From the NCBI GenBank assembly GCA_938074745.1, contig CALJEJ010000004.1, positions 1,597-65,596 of the forward strand: 64,000 bases of DNA. The letters are read 5' to 3'. This stretch comes from an uncultured Endomicrobiia bacterium. GTDB lineage: Bacteria; Elusimicrobiota; Endomicrobiia; DTEH01. Shown here one piece after another: positions 48,365 through 58,017 of this stretch. The notes beneath the pieces were generated by a model. The model did not search any database and was not told the DNA's origin. It saw nothing but the letters and a program-made list of their open reading frames with translations. Position numbers and translations under genes: made by a program. Each line of letters starts with the position of its first letter. Position 1 is the stretch's first letter.

Positions 48365-49672
48365 TTATAAAATTTTACCAAGTACACCCTCAACATCAAT
48401 ATCTTTAAGACTTATACTTTTTAAAAACTCTTCATTAGATTTAGTTTCTTTAAGTTTTTTTAACAACAGTTCCATAGCTTCAATTGGTGTAAGTTGCATC
48501 AAGGCTTTTCTTAACAACCAAATTTTTTTCAAATTTTTTTCTGGTATAAGTAATTCTTCTTTTCTTGTTCCAGAACGAGTAATATCAATTGCAGGGAAAA
48601 TACGTCTATCGGCTAATTTTCGGTCAAGATATATTTCCATATTCCCTGTACCTTTAAACTCTTCAAAAATAACATCATCCATTCGCGAACCTGTTTCTAC
48701 AAGTGCTGTAGCGATAATTGTCAATGACCCACCTTCTTCTACTTTCCTTGCAGAACCAAAGAACCGTTTTGGCCGTTGTAACGCTGTAGAATCTATCCCT
48801 CCGGAAAGGACACGACCGCTTGGAGGTGTGATAGTGTTATACGCTCGTGCTAATCTTGTAATTGAATCAAGCAATATTACAACATCGTGTTGCATTTCTA
48901 CTAACCGTTTTGCTTTTTCTAAAACCATTTCAGCTACTTGAACATGCCGTTCTGCTGGTTCATCAAACGTAGAAGAAATAACTTCACATTTTACTGACCT
49001 CATCATATCTGTAACTTCTTCAGGTCGTTCATCTATTAATAAGGCAATAAGTTTTATTTCAGGATGATTCTGTGTTATTGCGTTAGCAATTTTTTGTAAA
49101 AGCACGGTTTTACCGGTTCTTGGTGGCGCATTTATTAACGCTCTTTGTCCTTTACCTAACGGAATTAAAAGGTCTATTATACGGGTTGAATATTCATCTT
49201 TGTCAGTTTCTAAAATTATTTGTTCCTGAGGGTATAACGGAGTAAGATTATCAAACAGAGCACGGTCACGAATTTTTTCAGGGTCAACACCGTTAACAGA
49301 TTTTATCTGTAAAAGAGCATAATATTTTTCATCATTTTTTGGTGGACGAACATAACCACCTACAGTATCTCCTTTACGTAAACCAAACTTTTTTATTTGT
49401 GACGGTGAAATATAAATATCTTCATTACTTTGTAAATAATTAAAATTCTGTGACCTTAAGAAACCAAACCCGTCTGGTAAAATTTCTAAAACACCTTCGT
49501 TATACATAAGTCCGTTAGTTTGTGCTTGTGCTTCAATAATTTTTGAAATAAGCTGTTGTTTTTTTAACCCAGTAAGTGGTTCTATTTTTAATTCTTTACC
49601 GAGTTTCATTAATTCAGAAAGTTTCATTTTAGCCAATGAGGAAATGTCAAATGTTACTTGTTGCAATGTCAT
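48365..49672 (-). CDS. rho: Transcription termination factor Rho
   Basis: [61 protein letters not shown]. Confidence 0.98.
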   Translation of the reverse strand: MTLQQVTFDISSLAKMKLSELMKLGKELKIEPLTGLKKQQLISKIIEAQAQTNGLMYNEGVLEILPDGFGFLRSQNFNYLQSNEDIYISPSQIKKFGLRKGDTVGGYVRPPKNDEKYYALLQIKSVNGVDPEKIRDRALFDNLTPLYPQEQIILETDKDEYSTRIIDLLIPLGKGQRALINAPPRTGKTVLLQKIANAITQNHPEIKLIALLIDERPEEVTDMMRSVKCEVISSTFDEPAERHVQVAEMVLEKAKRLVEMQHDVVILLDSITRLARAYNTITPPSGRVLSGGIDSTALQRPKRFFGSARKVEEGGSLTIIATALVETGSRMDDVIFEEFKGTGNMEIYLDRKLADRRIFPAIDITRSGTRKEELLIPEKNLKKIWLLRKALMQLTPIEAMELLLKKLKETKSNEEFLKSISLKDIDVEGVLGKIL

Positions 49673-49895
49673 ATTTTTAGCCTCCTTATAAAGTATACAA
49701 TTTATTTTTAAGTAGGAAGTGCAAATGTTGTAACTTTTTTAGTTTTTATCATAACTTCGGTAGTAAAAATAAGGTAAATGAAAAGAAGTGTTCTGGAATG
49801 ATGTAATTAATTTTTCTTTCATTAATTGGCAATTGTGTTTATCAGAAACTTACCTCTGGAGGAGCAAAAGATGTCCAAGGTTTTTTCAAAGGATA

Positions 49896-49923
49896 AATAT
49901 AAAATTTAAATTACGCTTGTCAA
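49896..49923 (-). promoter_or_regulatory. Putative sigma70 promoter of rho
   Basis: TTGACA (49923-49918), 16-nt spacer, TATATT (49901-49896); implies a ~215-nt leader. Confidence 0.55.
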
Positions 49924-49959
49924 TAGTTAAGAATAAAAATATAATTTTCAAGTTTCAGA

Positions 49960-51486
49960 TTATTCTTCTTCAAACGCAAATACTGTAAATACATAAAGTT
50001 CTGTTTTACTATCCTGCCATGCATTAGGTTCCAACCCTGCTTTACTCCAACATAGTTCAGACAGAAATTGTTCTTTTTTAGGAAAATGTTCCCACACTTG
50101 AGGTAAGAACAACCCACTTCTACTATTTCGTCGGACTACTACTCCGTGAACTTTCTCTTTTATTTCCTTATGTGAGAATACACGTTTCAATGGTGAAAGA
50201 ATTGATATCTCAATTTTTATATCTTTTAGTTCATCTAATCTTACAGGAGAAAATCTGGGGTCTTCGGTTGCTGCTGCAATTGCTGAGTGTATTACTGCTT
50301 TATATAATGGATATTGTGGGAAAGTTGTCCCAATACAACCTCGTAATTGACCTTTTTTTGTTAATGTAACAAACACTGCTGACGGTGTCAAAAGTTCTTC
50401 ATCTTCAGTAGAATATTCTATTACTTTACCACTAGAAACATATTCAGTTATTGCTTGTCGTGCTAAAGAAAGTAATATTTTTTGGTTTTCTTTAGAGATT
50501 TTAAATTCAGGCTCTTTTTTTTCCATAACTTGTTTTCCTCCGTTGTTTACTTTTCTTATAAACGCTACTGCACAATAACCAACTACACGAGATTTATCTC
50601 CGTATTGTTTAACATCGCCAGAATTTGCATATTTTAAAATTTTAACAGTATCCCCACCTAAAAGTTTTGTTATCAACATTGTAATACCTACTGCAGTTTC
50701 AGCACAAAATACACAATGTAAATTGTCAATTTTGGTTTTTTCTAATTTTATCAAGTCAGAAAAATATCTTTGTGGGTCATATAATTGAAGCAACTTAAGT
50801 GCTTTGTTATCCACCTCTATTGCATTTTCGTAAGAAGGGTAATGAGACATATCTGTAGAACAAACGATAACAATTTTCCGTGAAGAAACATTTTTATAAC
50901 TTTTTATTACATCTACAATTTTTTGTGCAATTTGTTGAGATTGGACATAATCATATCTGCTAACAAGAATTGGAACAATAGTAAATTCTTTATATATACA
51001 TTGTAAAAAAGGCAACTGAACCTCTAACGAATGTTCTGGCAGATGTGCTTTAGGGTCAGTATCAAAAATTTGTTCTTTTTTTGAAGTCAACATTGAAATA
51101 AATTCTTTTTCTAACATAACCTCGCCTAAAGGAGTTTTAAAATTGCTTTTGTTATATACTACAGGTTTTGCTAAATAATAATAGTGCGACTGACCAATCA
51201 AAATTATTATCGGATTGGTTAATTTATATTGAGAAAGGTACTTATAAGCAAAACCTGCCACAGAACCTGAAAAAATGTAGCCTGCATGAGGTGAGATAAT
51301 ACCTAAAATTTCGCCTTCTACAGATACATCAGGCTTTGCTGAATCAAGAAATGTTTTTACAATTGTAACAAGTTCTGATTTTTCTTTAGGATAGAACTGT
51401 CCTGCAACAGCAGGTTCTCTACTATCGGAAAAATTAGTAAGCATAATAAACAAAAAAATGATAAAACAAAAGTTTTTAATCAACAT
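49960..51486 (-). CDS. amrB: AmmeMemoRadiSam protein B (Memo) fused to protein A (AMMECR1)
   Basis: REPAVAGQFYP, SPHAGY, EHSLEVQLPFLQ, STDMSHY, VVGY; C-terminal AVFVTL..LRGCIG, DPRF, LFLPQVW. Confidence 0.93.
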   Translation of the reverse strand: MLIKNFCFIIFLFIMLTNFSDSREPAVAGQFYPKEKSELVTIVKTFLDSAKPDVSVEGEILGIISPHAGYIFSGSVAGFAYKYLSQYKLTNPIIILIGQSHYYYLAKPVVYNKSNFKTPLGEVMLEKEFISMLTSKKEQIFDTDPKAHLPEHSLEVQLPFLQCIYKEFTIVPILVSRYDYVQSQQIAQKIVDVIKSYKNVSSRKIVIVCSTDMSHYPSYENAIEVDNKALKLLQLYDPQRYFSDLIKLEKTKIDNLHCVFCAETAVGITMLITKLLGGDTVKILKYANSGDVKQYGDKSRVVGYCAVAFIRKVNNGGKQVMEKKEPEFKISKENQKILLSLARQAITEYVSSGKVIEYSTEDEELLTPSAVFVTLTKKGQLRGCIGTTFPQYPLYKAVIHSAIAAATEDPRFSPVRLDELKDIKIEISILSPLKRVFSHKEIKEKVHGVVVRRNSRSGLFLPQVWEHFPKKEQFLSELCWSKAGLEPNAWQDSKTELYVFTVFAFEEE

Positions 51487-51522
51487 ATAATTTACAATTT
51501 AACTCTATAATTTTTCAATATT

Positions 51523-51596
51523 TCGGGGTGGTGGGAATTGAACCCACGACTACTCGCACCCCAAACGAGTGCCCTAAACCACTGGGCCACACCCCG
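51523..51596 (-). tRNA. tRNA-Pro (anticodon GGG)
   Basis: Acceptor CGGGGTG/CACCCCG, D-arm GCCC/GGGC, anticodon arm CTCGT-TTGGGGT-GCGAG, GTGGG-TTCAATT-CCCAC. CCA not encoded. Confidence 0.95.
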
Positions 51597-51602
51597 AAAA
51601 AG

Positions 51603-52847
51603 TTATATCAATTTTATTTTTACAACATCACCTTTAGAAAGTGAACCAGTTTTTTCGTCCAGAATGATGATACAATTTGCTAACAACATTGATTTAAGTA
51701 TCCCTGAACCTTGTGGTCCTGTAGTTCTAACATAAAATTTGCTATCTTTATATTCACACATCCCACGAATAAAATATCTTAACCCTGTTTTTTTCTTAAT
51801 AGGTTCTTTAAGGATTGCATCATACAGTGGTTCATCTATAAACTGTCCTCTTCCGGAAAGTTTTAATAAAGCAGGTTTTATCAACATCTCAAAAACTACC
51901 ATATTAGATACTACATTTCCCGGAACACCAAAAATATATTTGTGGTTAAAAGTTGCAAAAAACACAGGTTTACCTGGACGTTCCCTAATTTCCCAAAAAT
52001 GTGGTTCTGCTCCAAGTGATTGTAATACAGGTTTTACCAGATCATATTCACCATGTGACACACCACCAGAAATTAATACCATATCCGCAATATCTAACCC
52101 TTTTTTTATTTTACGTTTTAACATATAGAAATTATCTCTTGCAATACCTAAATTTAACGGAATACAATAATTTTTTTCTACTAAAGCAGACAAAGTGTAT
52201 GAGTTAACATTTTTTACTTTACCAAAAGAAATTTTTTCTTCAATTTCTACAAGTTCATCACCAGTGGCAATAATAGCAACTCGCGGTTGAGTATATACTT
52301 TTACATTTTTATACCCGCAGGAAATTATCATACCCAACTCTGCTGCAGTAATAAGTTTACCTTTTTTTATCACAGTCTCCCCACGAACAACATCTTCACC
52401 ATGAAATCTTATATTGTGAAATTTCTCTACCGGAGAAAAAACTTTTATATACCCATTTTCTTCTATTACTGCTTCTTTTTCTATGACAGCATCAAACCCT
52501 TTGGGTAAAGGTGAACCTGTCATTATAGAAATGCATGGTTTATCTTTACAATATCGTATTTTTTTATTCAACTTTCTTCCGGCAGGCATTGTGCCAATTA
52601 TTTTCAAACTCACAGGAGAAGTTTTTGTAGCAGTTAATGTATCTTTACTTCTTACAGCGAACCCGTCCATCGCAGAATTGTTATAATTCGGAATATCATA
52701 TTTAGATTTAATATCTTGTGCAATAACTCGAAATAAAGAGTTTTTTACTGATACAAGTTCTGTTTTTAGTGGACGAATAGTTGACAAAACAATATTTTTT
52801 GCTTCGTTAAAAAAAATGTAGTGTTTCATGTTATTAAAATTATACAA
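51603..52847 (-). CDS. moeA: Molybdopterin molybdo-/tungstotransferase
   Basis: NSAMDGFAV, IMTGSPLP, ATGDEL, ISGGVS, RPGKP, GVPGN, QGSG. Confidence 0.95.
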   Translation of the reverse strand: MYNFNNMKHYIFFNEAKNIVLSTIRPLKTELVSVKNSLFRVIAQDIKSKYDIPNYNNSAMDGFAVRSKDTLTATKTSPVSLKIIGTMPAGRKLNKKIRYCKDKPCISIMTGSPLPKGFDAVIEKEAVIEENGYIKVFSPVEKFHNIRFHGEDVVRGETVIKKGKLITAAELGMIISCGYKNVKVYTQPRVAIIATGDELVEIEEKISFGKVKNVNSYTLSALVEKNYCIPLNLGIARDNFYMLKRKIKKGLDIADMVLISGGVSHGEYDLVKPVLQSLGAEPHFWEIRERPGKPVFFATFNHKYIFGVPGNVVSNMVVFEMLIKPALLKLSGRGQFIDEPLYDAILKEPIKKKTGLRYFIRGMCEYKDSKFYVRTTGPQGSGILKSMLLANCIIILDEKTGSLSKGDVVKIKLI

Positions 52848-53838
52848 AAATTTTTATTTCATTACCACAAAATTTACAAAAATTTTTTTCTAACCCATGG
52901 ATTAGAATGTCATACCCTATACGAGTAATTAGTTTCTTATTACATTTTGGGCAATAGGTAGAATTGTATTTTTCATCTGGGACATTCCCTAAATATACAA
53001 AATTAAGTTTTTCTTTTGCTAATGAATAAAAATTTTGTAATACATTTATAGGTGTTGGTGGTGCATCAAATTCATATTGGGGATAATACCGAGAAAAATG
53101 TAACGGTATATCTTTAGATAACGAAGAAACATAATTTATTATCTGTTCAATTTCTTGTTTGTTATCGTTATATCCAGGAATTATTAAAGTTGTAAGTTCA
53201 ACATGTTTTTTATGAGACACCATCAGTTCAATTGTTTGTAGGACAAATTTTAATTTCCCACCACAGATTTTTTCATAAAACTCTGGATTAAAAGATTTTA
53301 AGTCAATATTCGCTGCATCAATATATGGTAAAAGTTCTAACAACGGCTCTTTATTCACAAACCCGTTCGTTACAAGGACATTTTTTAAATTCTTAGAATT
53401 AAACAATATCGCTGTTTCTTTAACAAATTCAATGTTTATTAGTGGTTCGTTATAAGTATAAGAAATGCCAATATTATCTCTAGTTTGTAACCCAATAGAT
53501 AACAGTTCTTGTGGTGAGATATATTGGGAATATTTTTCAGAAACTGTCTGTTGTGAAATGGTCCAGTTTTGACAAAACCCACATTTAAAATTACAGCCCC
53601 AACAACCTATGGATAATATCATCTTGCCAGGATAAAAATGGTACAACGGTTTTTTTTCTATCGGATCTAAAGATATAGAAGATGAAAGACCATAGTTTAA
53701 GGCATAAAGTTTCCCATTAACATTTTTTCTAACCCTACATTTACCTGTTTGGTTTATTGAAATTATACAATTGTGTGGACATAACATACATTGAACTTTT
53801 TGTGAAGGAAGAATTTTATAATATTCTGCTTCTTTCAT
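52840..53838 (-). CDS. amrS: AmmeMemoRadiSam system radical SAM enzyme
   Basis: CMLCPHNC..GKCRVR, DPIEKKPLYHF, GCNFKCGFCQNW, YTYNEP, TYCPKC. Confidence 0.95.
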   Translation of the reverse strand: MKEAEYYKILPSQKVQCMLCPHNCIISINQTGKCRVRKNVNGKLYALNYGLSSSISLDPIEKKPLYHFYPGKMILSIGCWGCNFKCGFCQNWTISQQTVSEKYSQYISPQELLSIGLQTRDNIGISYTYNEPLINIEFVKETAILFNSKNLKNVLVTNGFVNKEPLLELLPYIDAANIDLKSFNPEFYEKICGGKLKFVLQTIELMVSHKKHVELTTLIIPGYNDNKQEIEQIINYVSSLSKDIPLHFSRYYPQYEFDAPPTPINVLQNFYSLAKEKLNFVYLGNVPDEKYNSTYCPKCNKKLITRIGYDILIHGLEKNFCKFCGNEIKIFV

Positions 53839-56093
53839 TTACTTAATAATTCGGTTATTTCCTGTTGTTCTAAAACATTTTTGGGAATATAGTTGTTAAA
53901 TACTTTTTTAGCAGATTCTATATCTCCTTTAAGTTTGTAACATAAAGCTAAGTTGTAATGTCCGTTGTAATATTCAGGGTTTAAAGAAATTACTATATTA
54001 AAATATTTTATTGCAAGGTCATAATTTTTGTTCTCCAGTTCAATAACACCAAGTTCATTATGAGCTAAATAATATTCAGGATTGATACTTATAATTTCTT
54101 TTAATATTCTTACTGTTTCGTCAATATACTTTTTTTCCTTTGTTTGTATAAATAACATTTTTAATGTCAAAGCGAGATTGTATTTTGCATCAATATCTTT
54201 AGGATTGAACGACAAAACTTTTTTAAAAAAATATGCTGACTTATGATAATTTTTTAGCGTATAATAATACACACCAAAATTGTTATACAATTCTTTAAGA
54301 TTAGGGTCAATAGTTAATCCTGTTTTTAAAAATACCAATTTTTCCTCTTCTGCAGGTAACAAAATTGCTATATTATTTAACCCACTACTATAATAACTTA
54401 TAACTTTATTCATAAAAAAATCAGAATAAAAATCTTTCTTCCAACCTTCACGAAAAAAATATATCTCGTAAAACAAAAATTTTATAATTTTTTTTAGTAT
54501 AAAAAAGTTTTCCTCTTGTTGCGAACGAAGAACTTTATATACAATCCCATAAGGAACACCAACATACCCCTGCGGAACTTTATGTAATACATCAACATAA
54601 ACACCACGATGAACATTAGCAGATAAAAATTTTGTAACAAACTCTATTCCAGAATAAACATTCGCAGGAATAATTTCAGGATATTGTTGTTTTAACAGTT
54701 CATAACCCCACGAAGTCCTAAAAAATGTTATAAGTTTTATATCTTTTCTCATATTATGACATAGCTGGAAATATCTAAGTACAAAAGTGGTAATATCGTC
54801 TGGGTCATATAGAGAACTTTGATATTTCAAAGTATGCATAAGATTTATCGCATAATCATAACTTAAAAATTTATTTCTACGATTATGTATGGGATAGTTT
54901 TTAAATATTAAATTGAACAACAAAATCGTGATTAATATAGGTAAGATTATAGACATTGGTTTTCTTATTTTGGATGATATAGAAAAATCTTTTATCCCAA
55001 ATTTTAATCCATACACTATCCAATATACAGTTATACAAACAGGAAATACTAATTGTGGTTCTAATATAGCATAAGTAGATTCTTTTTGTGGGTTAAGATT
55101 AGAAAAAATAAAAAACAATGGACCTAACATAAAAAATAATAAACTACTAAAAACAAACTCTATTTTCGTTTTTAAATCAGAACTTTTAATGAACAAAACA
55201 ATACTTACAACTGCCAATATTACCCCTAAAAAAGTAATCTGTTTATACCACATTTGTATAAAATGTACTGTTTGAGACAATAATGTTTTAATACTAAACT
55301 CAAGTTTACTTTCTTCAGGATGTAGTTTTAAGATTCCAAGGTCAGCCCGAGTAACTAACCGTATAAACCTATAAAAATTTTTTGCATCACCCCAGTTGGA
55401 TACAGGTCCAGTAGATGCCCGAATAGGAATAAACAAAAATATTGTAAGACCTAAAAGAAAAATAACTAAAAATAACATTAAATCAGAAAATGTAAATTTC
55501 AATTTCACATTTTGTAGAATTTGTAAACCAAGATATGTAAGAATCAAAGATAAAAATATTGATATCAATGTAAGATGTATGCCTAACGAAATTCCAGTAA
55601 TGAAAATTATTAAATAAAAATATTTCTTATTCTTTGTAAATACTAATTTATTGAACAAGAAAAGTACCAAACATAAAAAAAATCCTGCTATAGTATACAT
55701 TTCGCTTACTTGACTTAAACTCCATACCGAAGAAAAAAAACAGTATGTTGAACATCCAATAAGTGTTAAAATATGATATATTGTTTTTTCTTCGTAAGAA
55801 AAAAATTTTGTTAATACAAGAAAACTTAATATGCTAAAAATTATAGACATAAGGTTCATTCTATATCCAATATTACCTAACGCAACGAAAAATGAAAATA
55901 TCTTACCTAATATAGAATACAACGGATAACCTGGTTGGTGTGCAATACCTAACGTATATGAAGAGACAATCATATCGCCACTGTCTCTATATGGCGAGAT
56001 TGTAGGATAAGAAGTGGATAATAGTACAATAAATACTACAAATGACCAAACTAATGTTATGAACTTGTTAAAATTCTTTTGGGTCATAATCAA
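53835..56093 (-). CDS. DUF2723 / TMEM260-like GT-C membrane glycosyltransferase with C-terminal TPRs
   Basis: DSGDM...LGIAHQPGYPLY, SEMY, FIPIRA..P..NWG; many transmembrane segments; TPR tail. Confidence 0.85.
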   Translation of the reverse strand: MIMTQKNFNKFITLVWSFVVFIVLLSTSYPTISPYRDSGDMIVSSYTLGIAHQPGYPLYSILGKIFSFFVALGNIGYRMNLMSIIFSILSFLVLTKFFSYEEKTIYHILTLIGCSTYCFFSSVWSLSQVSEMYTIAGFFLCLVLFLFNKLVFTKNKKYFYLIIFITGISLGIHLTLISIFLSLILTYLGLQILQNVKLKFTFSDLMLFLVIFLLGLTIFLFIPIRASTGPVSNWGDAKNFYRFIRLVTRADLGILKLHPEESKLEFSIKTLLSQTVHFIQMWYKQITFLGVILAVVSIVLFIKSSDLKTKIEFVFSSLLFFMLGPLFFIFSNLNPQKESTYAILEPQLVFPVCITVYWIVYGLKFGIKDFSISSKIRKPMSIILPILITILLFNLIFKNYPIHNRRNKFLSYDYAINLMHTLKYQSSLYDPDDITTFVLRYFQLCHNMRKDIKLITFFRTSWGYELLKQQYPEIIPANVYSGIEFVTKFLSANVHRGVYVDVLHKVPQGYVGVPYGIVYKVLRSQQEENFFILKKIIKFLFYEIYFFREGWKKDFYSDFFMNKVISYYSSGLNNIAILLPAEEEKLVFLKTGLTIDPNLKELYNNFGVYYYTLKNYHKSAYFFKKVLSFNPKDIDAKYNLALTLKMLFIQTKEKKYIDETVRILKEIISINPEYYLAHNELGVIELENKNYDLAIKYFNIVISLNPEYYNGHYNLALCYKLKGDIESAKKVFNNYIPKNVLEQQEITELLSK

Positions 56094-57996
56094 TGTATAT
56101 TTTTACTTTATCATAATCTTTTATTACATTAGTTCTCAAATCGTCTAATATAGATAATATTTTATCCAGTTGATTTTTTTTACCCAACAATTTTATAAAA
56201 ACATAGAACTGATACTCGTTTACTACTTTTTTAATTTCCTCAGGAACAAATACAACAACATCTTTTAGTTGCCTAATTTGGGATACTAACAAATCTAATT
56301 GACTTTTCTCAAGTTCGTTTCTTTTGGAAGAAACGAAAGTTATTTTCATTAACTTACAATATGGTGGGTAACACAAATCTTTTCTGATTTTAAGTTCATT
56401 TCTGTAGAATTTAGTAGCGTCGGATAATAACGAAAGATAATTATCATCTTTCTTTGCCAGATTAAGATATATATTAGTAGGAATTTTTTTAGGAAGTAAA
56501 ATTTTCATCAAAGAAATTAGTCTATAAACATTTTCATATCCTAAATAGCTTGGACGATATAACATACTGTCTATATTTAAAAAAATTATTGTAGAAATGT
56601 TTGACCAATAGAGTTTGTAAATATAGTTCAAAATTTCTACTGTGGTAACTAAAACATCTATTTTTTGAGAATTAAAATCTTGGATAAGTTTTAGATGAAC
56701 TTTTTGTGGCACTTCTTTATCTATTCGTGCAAATTTTATCTCAGGTAAAAAAGAAACTAAAGTTTCAAAAACTTTTTGTATTCCTACACCATAACCTTTA
56801 TATTTTTCATTCCCACAATGAGAACATTTAAAACTTTTATATCGTTGTCCACAAAGTTTACATTTGAACTCTGAGTTTGAAGTAATATATGTAACTGGAC
56901 TTCCACAAGAAAAACATTTAAACATCCGACCACAACGAAAACAAAAAAAGTACCTAGCATACCCTTTGTAAGGATACAAAATTATACATTGATGGAATTT
57001 ATACACTTCCTTTAACAAAATTTTTTTGACTTCGTCTATCGTTTGAATAAAAGAAATTGAAGTATTTTTAGAACCTTTATCATTATTTAACAACAAAGTT
57101 TTTTTAACATTATATCTTAACTCTACTGAAGGGAAAAATGTAGTATAGATTATTTTATTTTCAGATATTGCTAATCTATACTCAATTATTTCTTTGATAT
57201 GATAAAGAGGTAAAGTTTGATTTTTATACCCAATTTCATCAGGTTCGTCAACAATTATGATACTATTTTTTTTTATTGGCAAAAATATTCCGTCACAAGT
57301 AGAAACAACTATATTTATTTCTTGCGTATTTACCAACTGCCAGATTTTGTATCTTTCATTTACTGAAATTTCTCCAGTGTAAACGAATATTTGAAATTTT
57401 AATTGTTCATCTTCTATATAATTGTAGAAATCTTCAATATAACTTTTCTGAGGGAATAAAATTAAACATTGTAAGTTGTTTGTAATAGAATATAAAATCA
57501 TATCTTTATAAAACTTGAATTTTTGTTCACTTGTAGTAGGAATAAATAACAATTGTCTATCTTTACTATTTATTATCTGCTGATAACTTATCTGTGAGAT
57601 TATTTTATAGTCTTTTTTATATGCTTGCTTTTCTATAACAGGTTGAGTAAAAACTGTTTCATGTTCAATAGGGAAAAAACTGGAGAACACTTTACCGATG
57701 GGAACAAGGTATTTATAAGAAAGTTTTTCAGCAATATAAAAATGTTCTTTATGAAATAACGGGACAAAATCTATAAGTTTTTTGATAGGTTTTATGTCTT
57801 TATTAAGAATATCCTTAGGCAACTGTTCTTTAGTAAGTTGTTTAGTTACAACACCAATTTTATTTTTTTGTTCTCCAAAATCTATTTTTACTCTACAGCC
57901 AATTAACTTGTATTTACGGAATTCCTCTGGAACATAATATGTATAACTTACATTCAAAGGTATTGGAAAAACTATTTCACAATATTCGTACTCCAT
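56068..57996 (-). CDS. priA: Primosomal protein N' (PriA), degenerate helicase motifs
   Basis: N-terminal 3'-DNA-binding region (YTYYVP..GCRV..FG), 8-Cys region (CFRC, CFSC, CKLC, CSHC), GVGIQKV, ARIDKE, R...YPPY, IDYDP. Confidence 0.8.
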   Translation of the reverse strand: MEYEYCEIVFPIPLNVSYTYYVPEEFRKYKLIGCRVKIDFGEQKNKIGVVTKQLTKEQLPKDILNKDIKPIKKLIDFVPLFHKEHFYIAEKLSYKYLVPIGKVFSSFFPIEHETVFTQPVIEKQAYKKDYKIISQISYQQIINSKDRQLLFIPTTSEQKFKFYKDMILYSITNNLQCLILFPQKSYIEDFYNYIEDEQLKFQIFVYTGEISVNERYKIWQLVNTQEINIVVSTCDGIFLPIKKNSIIIVDEPDEIGYKNQTLPLYHIKEIIEYRLAISENKIIYTTFFPSVELRYNVKKTLLLNNDKGSKNTSISFIQTIDEVKKILLKEVYKFHQCIILYPYKGYARYFFCFRCGRMFKCFSCGSPVTYITSNSEFKCKLCGQRYKSFKCSHCGNEKYKGYGVGIQKVFETLVSFLPEIKFARIDKEVPQKVHLKLIQDFNSQKIDVLVTTVEILNYIYKLYWSNISTIIFLNIDSMLYRPSYLGYENVYRLISLMKILLPKKIPTNIYLNLAKKDDNYLSLLSDATKFYRNELKIRKDLCYPPYCKLMKITFVSSKRNELEKSQLDLLVSQIRQLKDVVVFVPEEIKKVVNEYQFYVFIKLLGKKNQLDKILSILDDLRTNVIKDYDKVKIYIDYDPKEF

Positions 57997-58017
57997 ATGT
58001 TAAAAATCTCTATTTTT

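Noticed and set aside
49788..50117. Short ORFs 49788-49988 (+) and 49920-50117 (-) near the rho leader
   Set aside because: They overlap amrB-A or the promoter and have no SD or recognisable composition.
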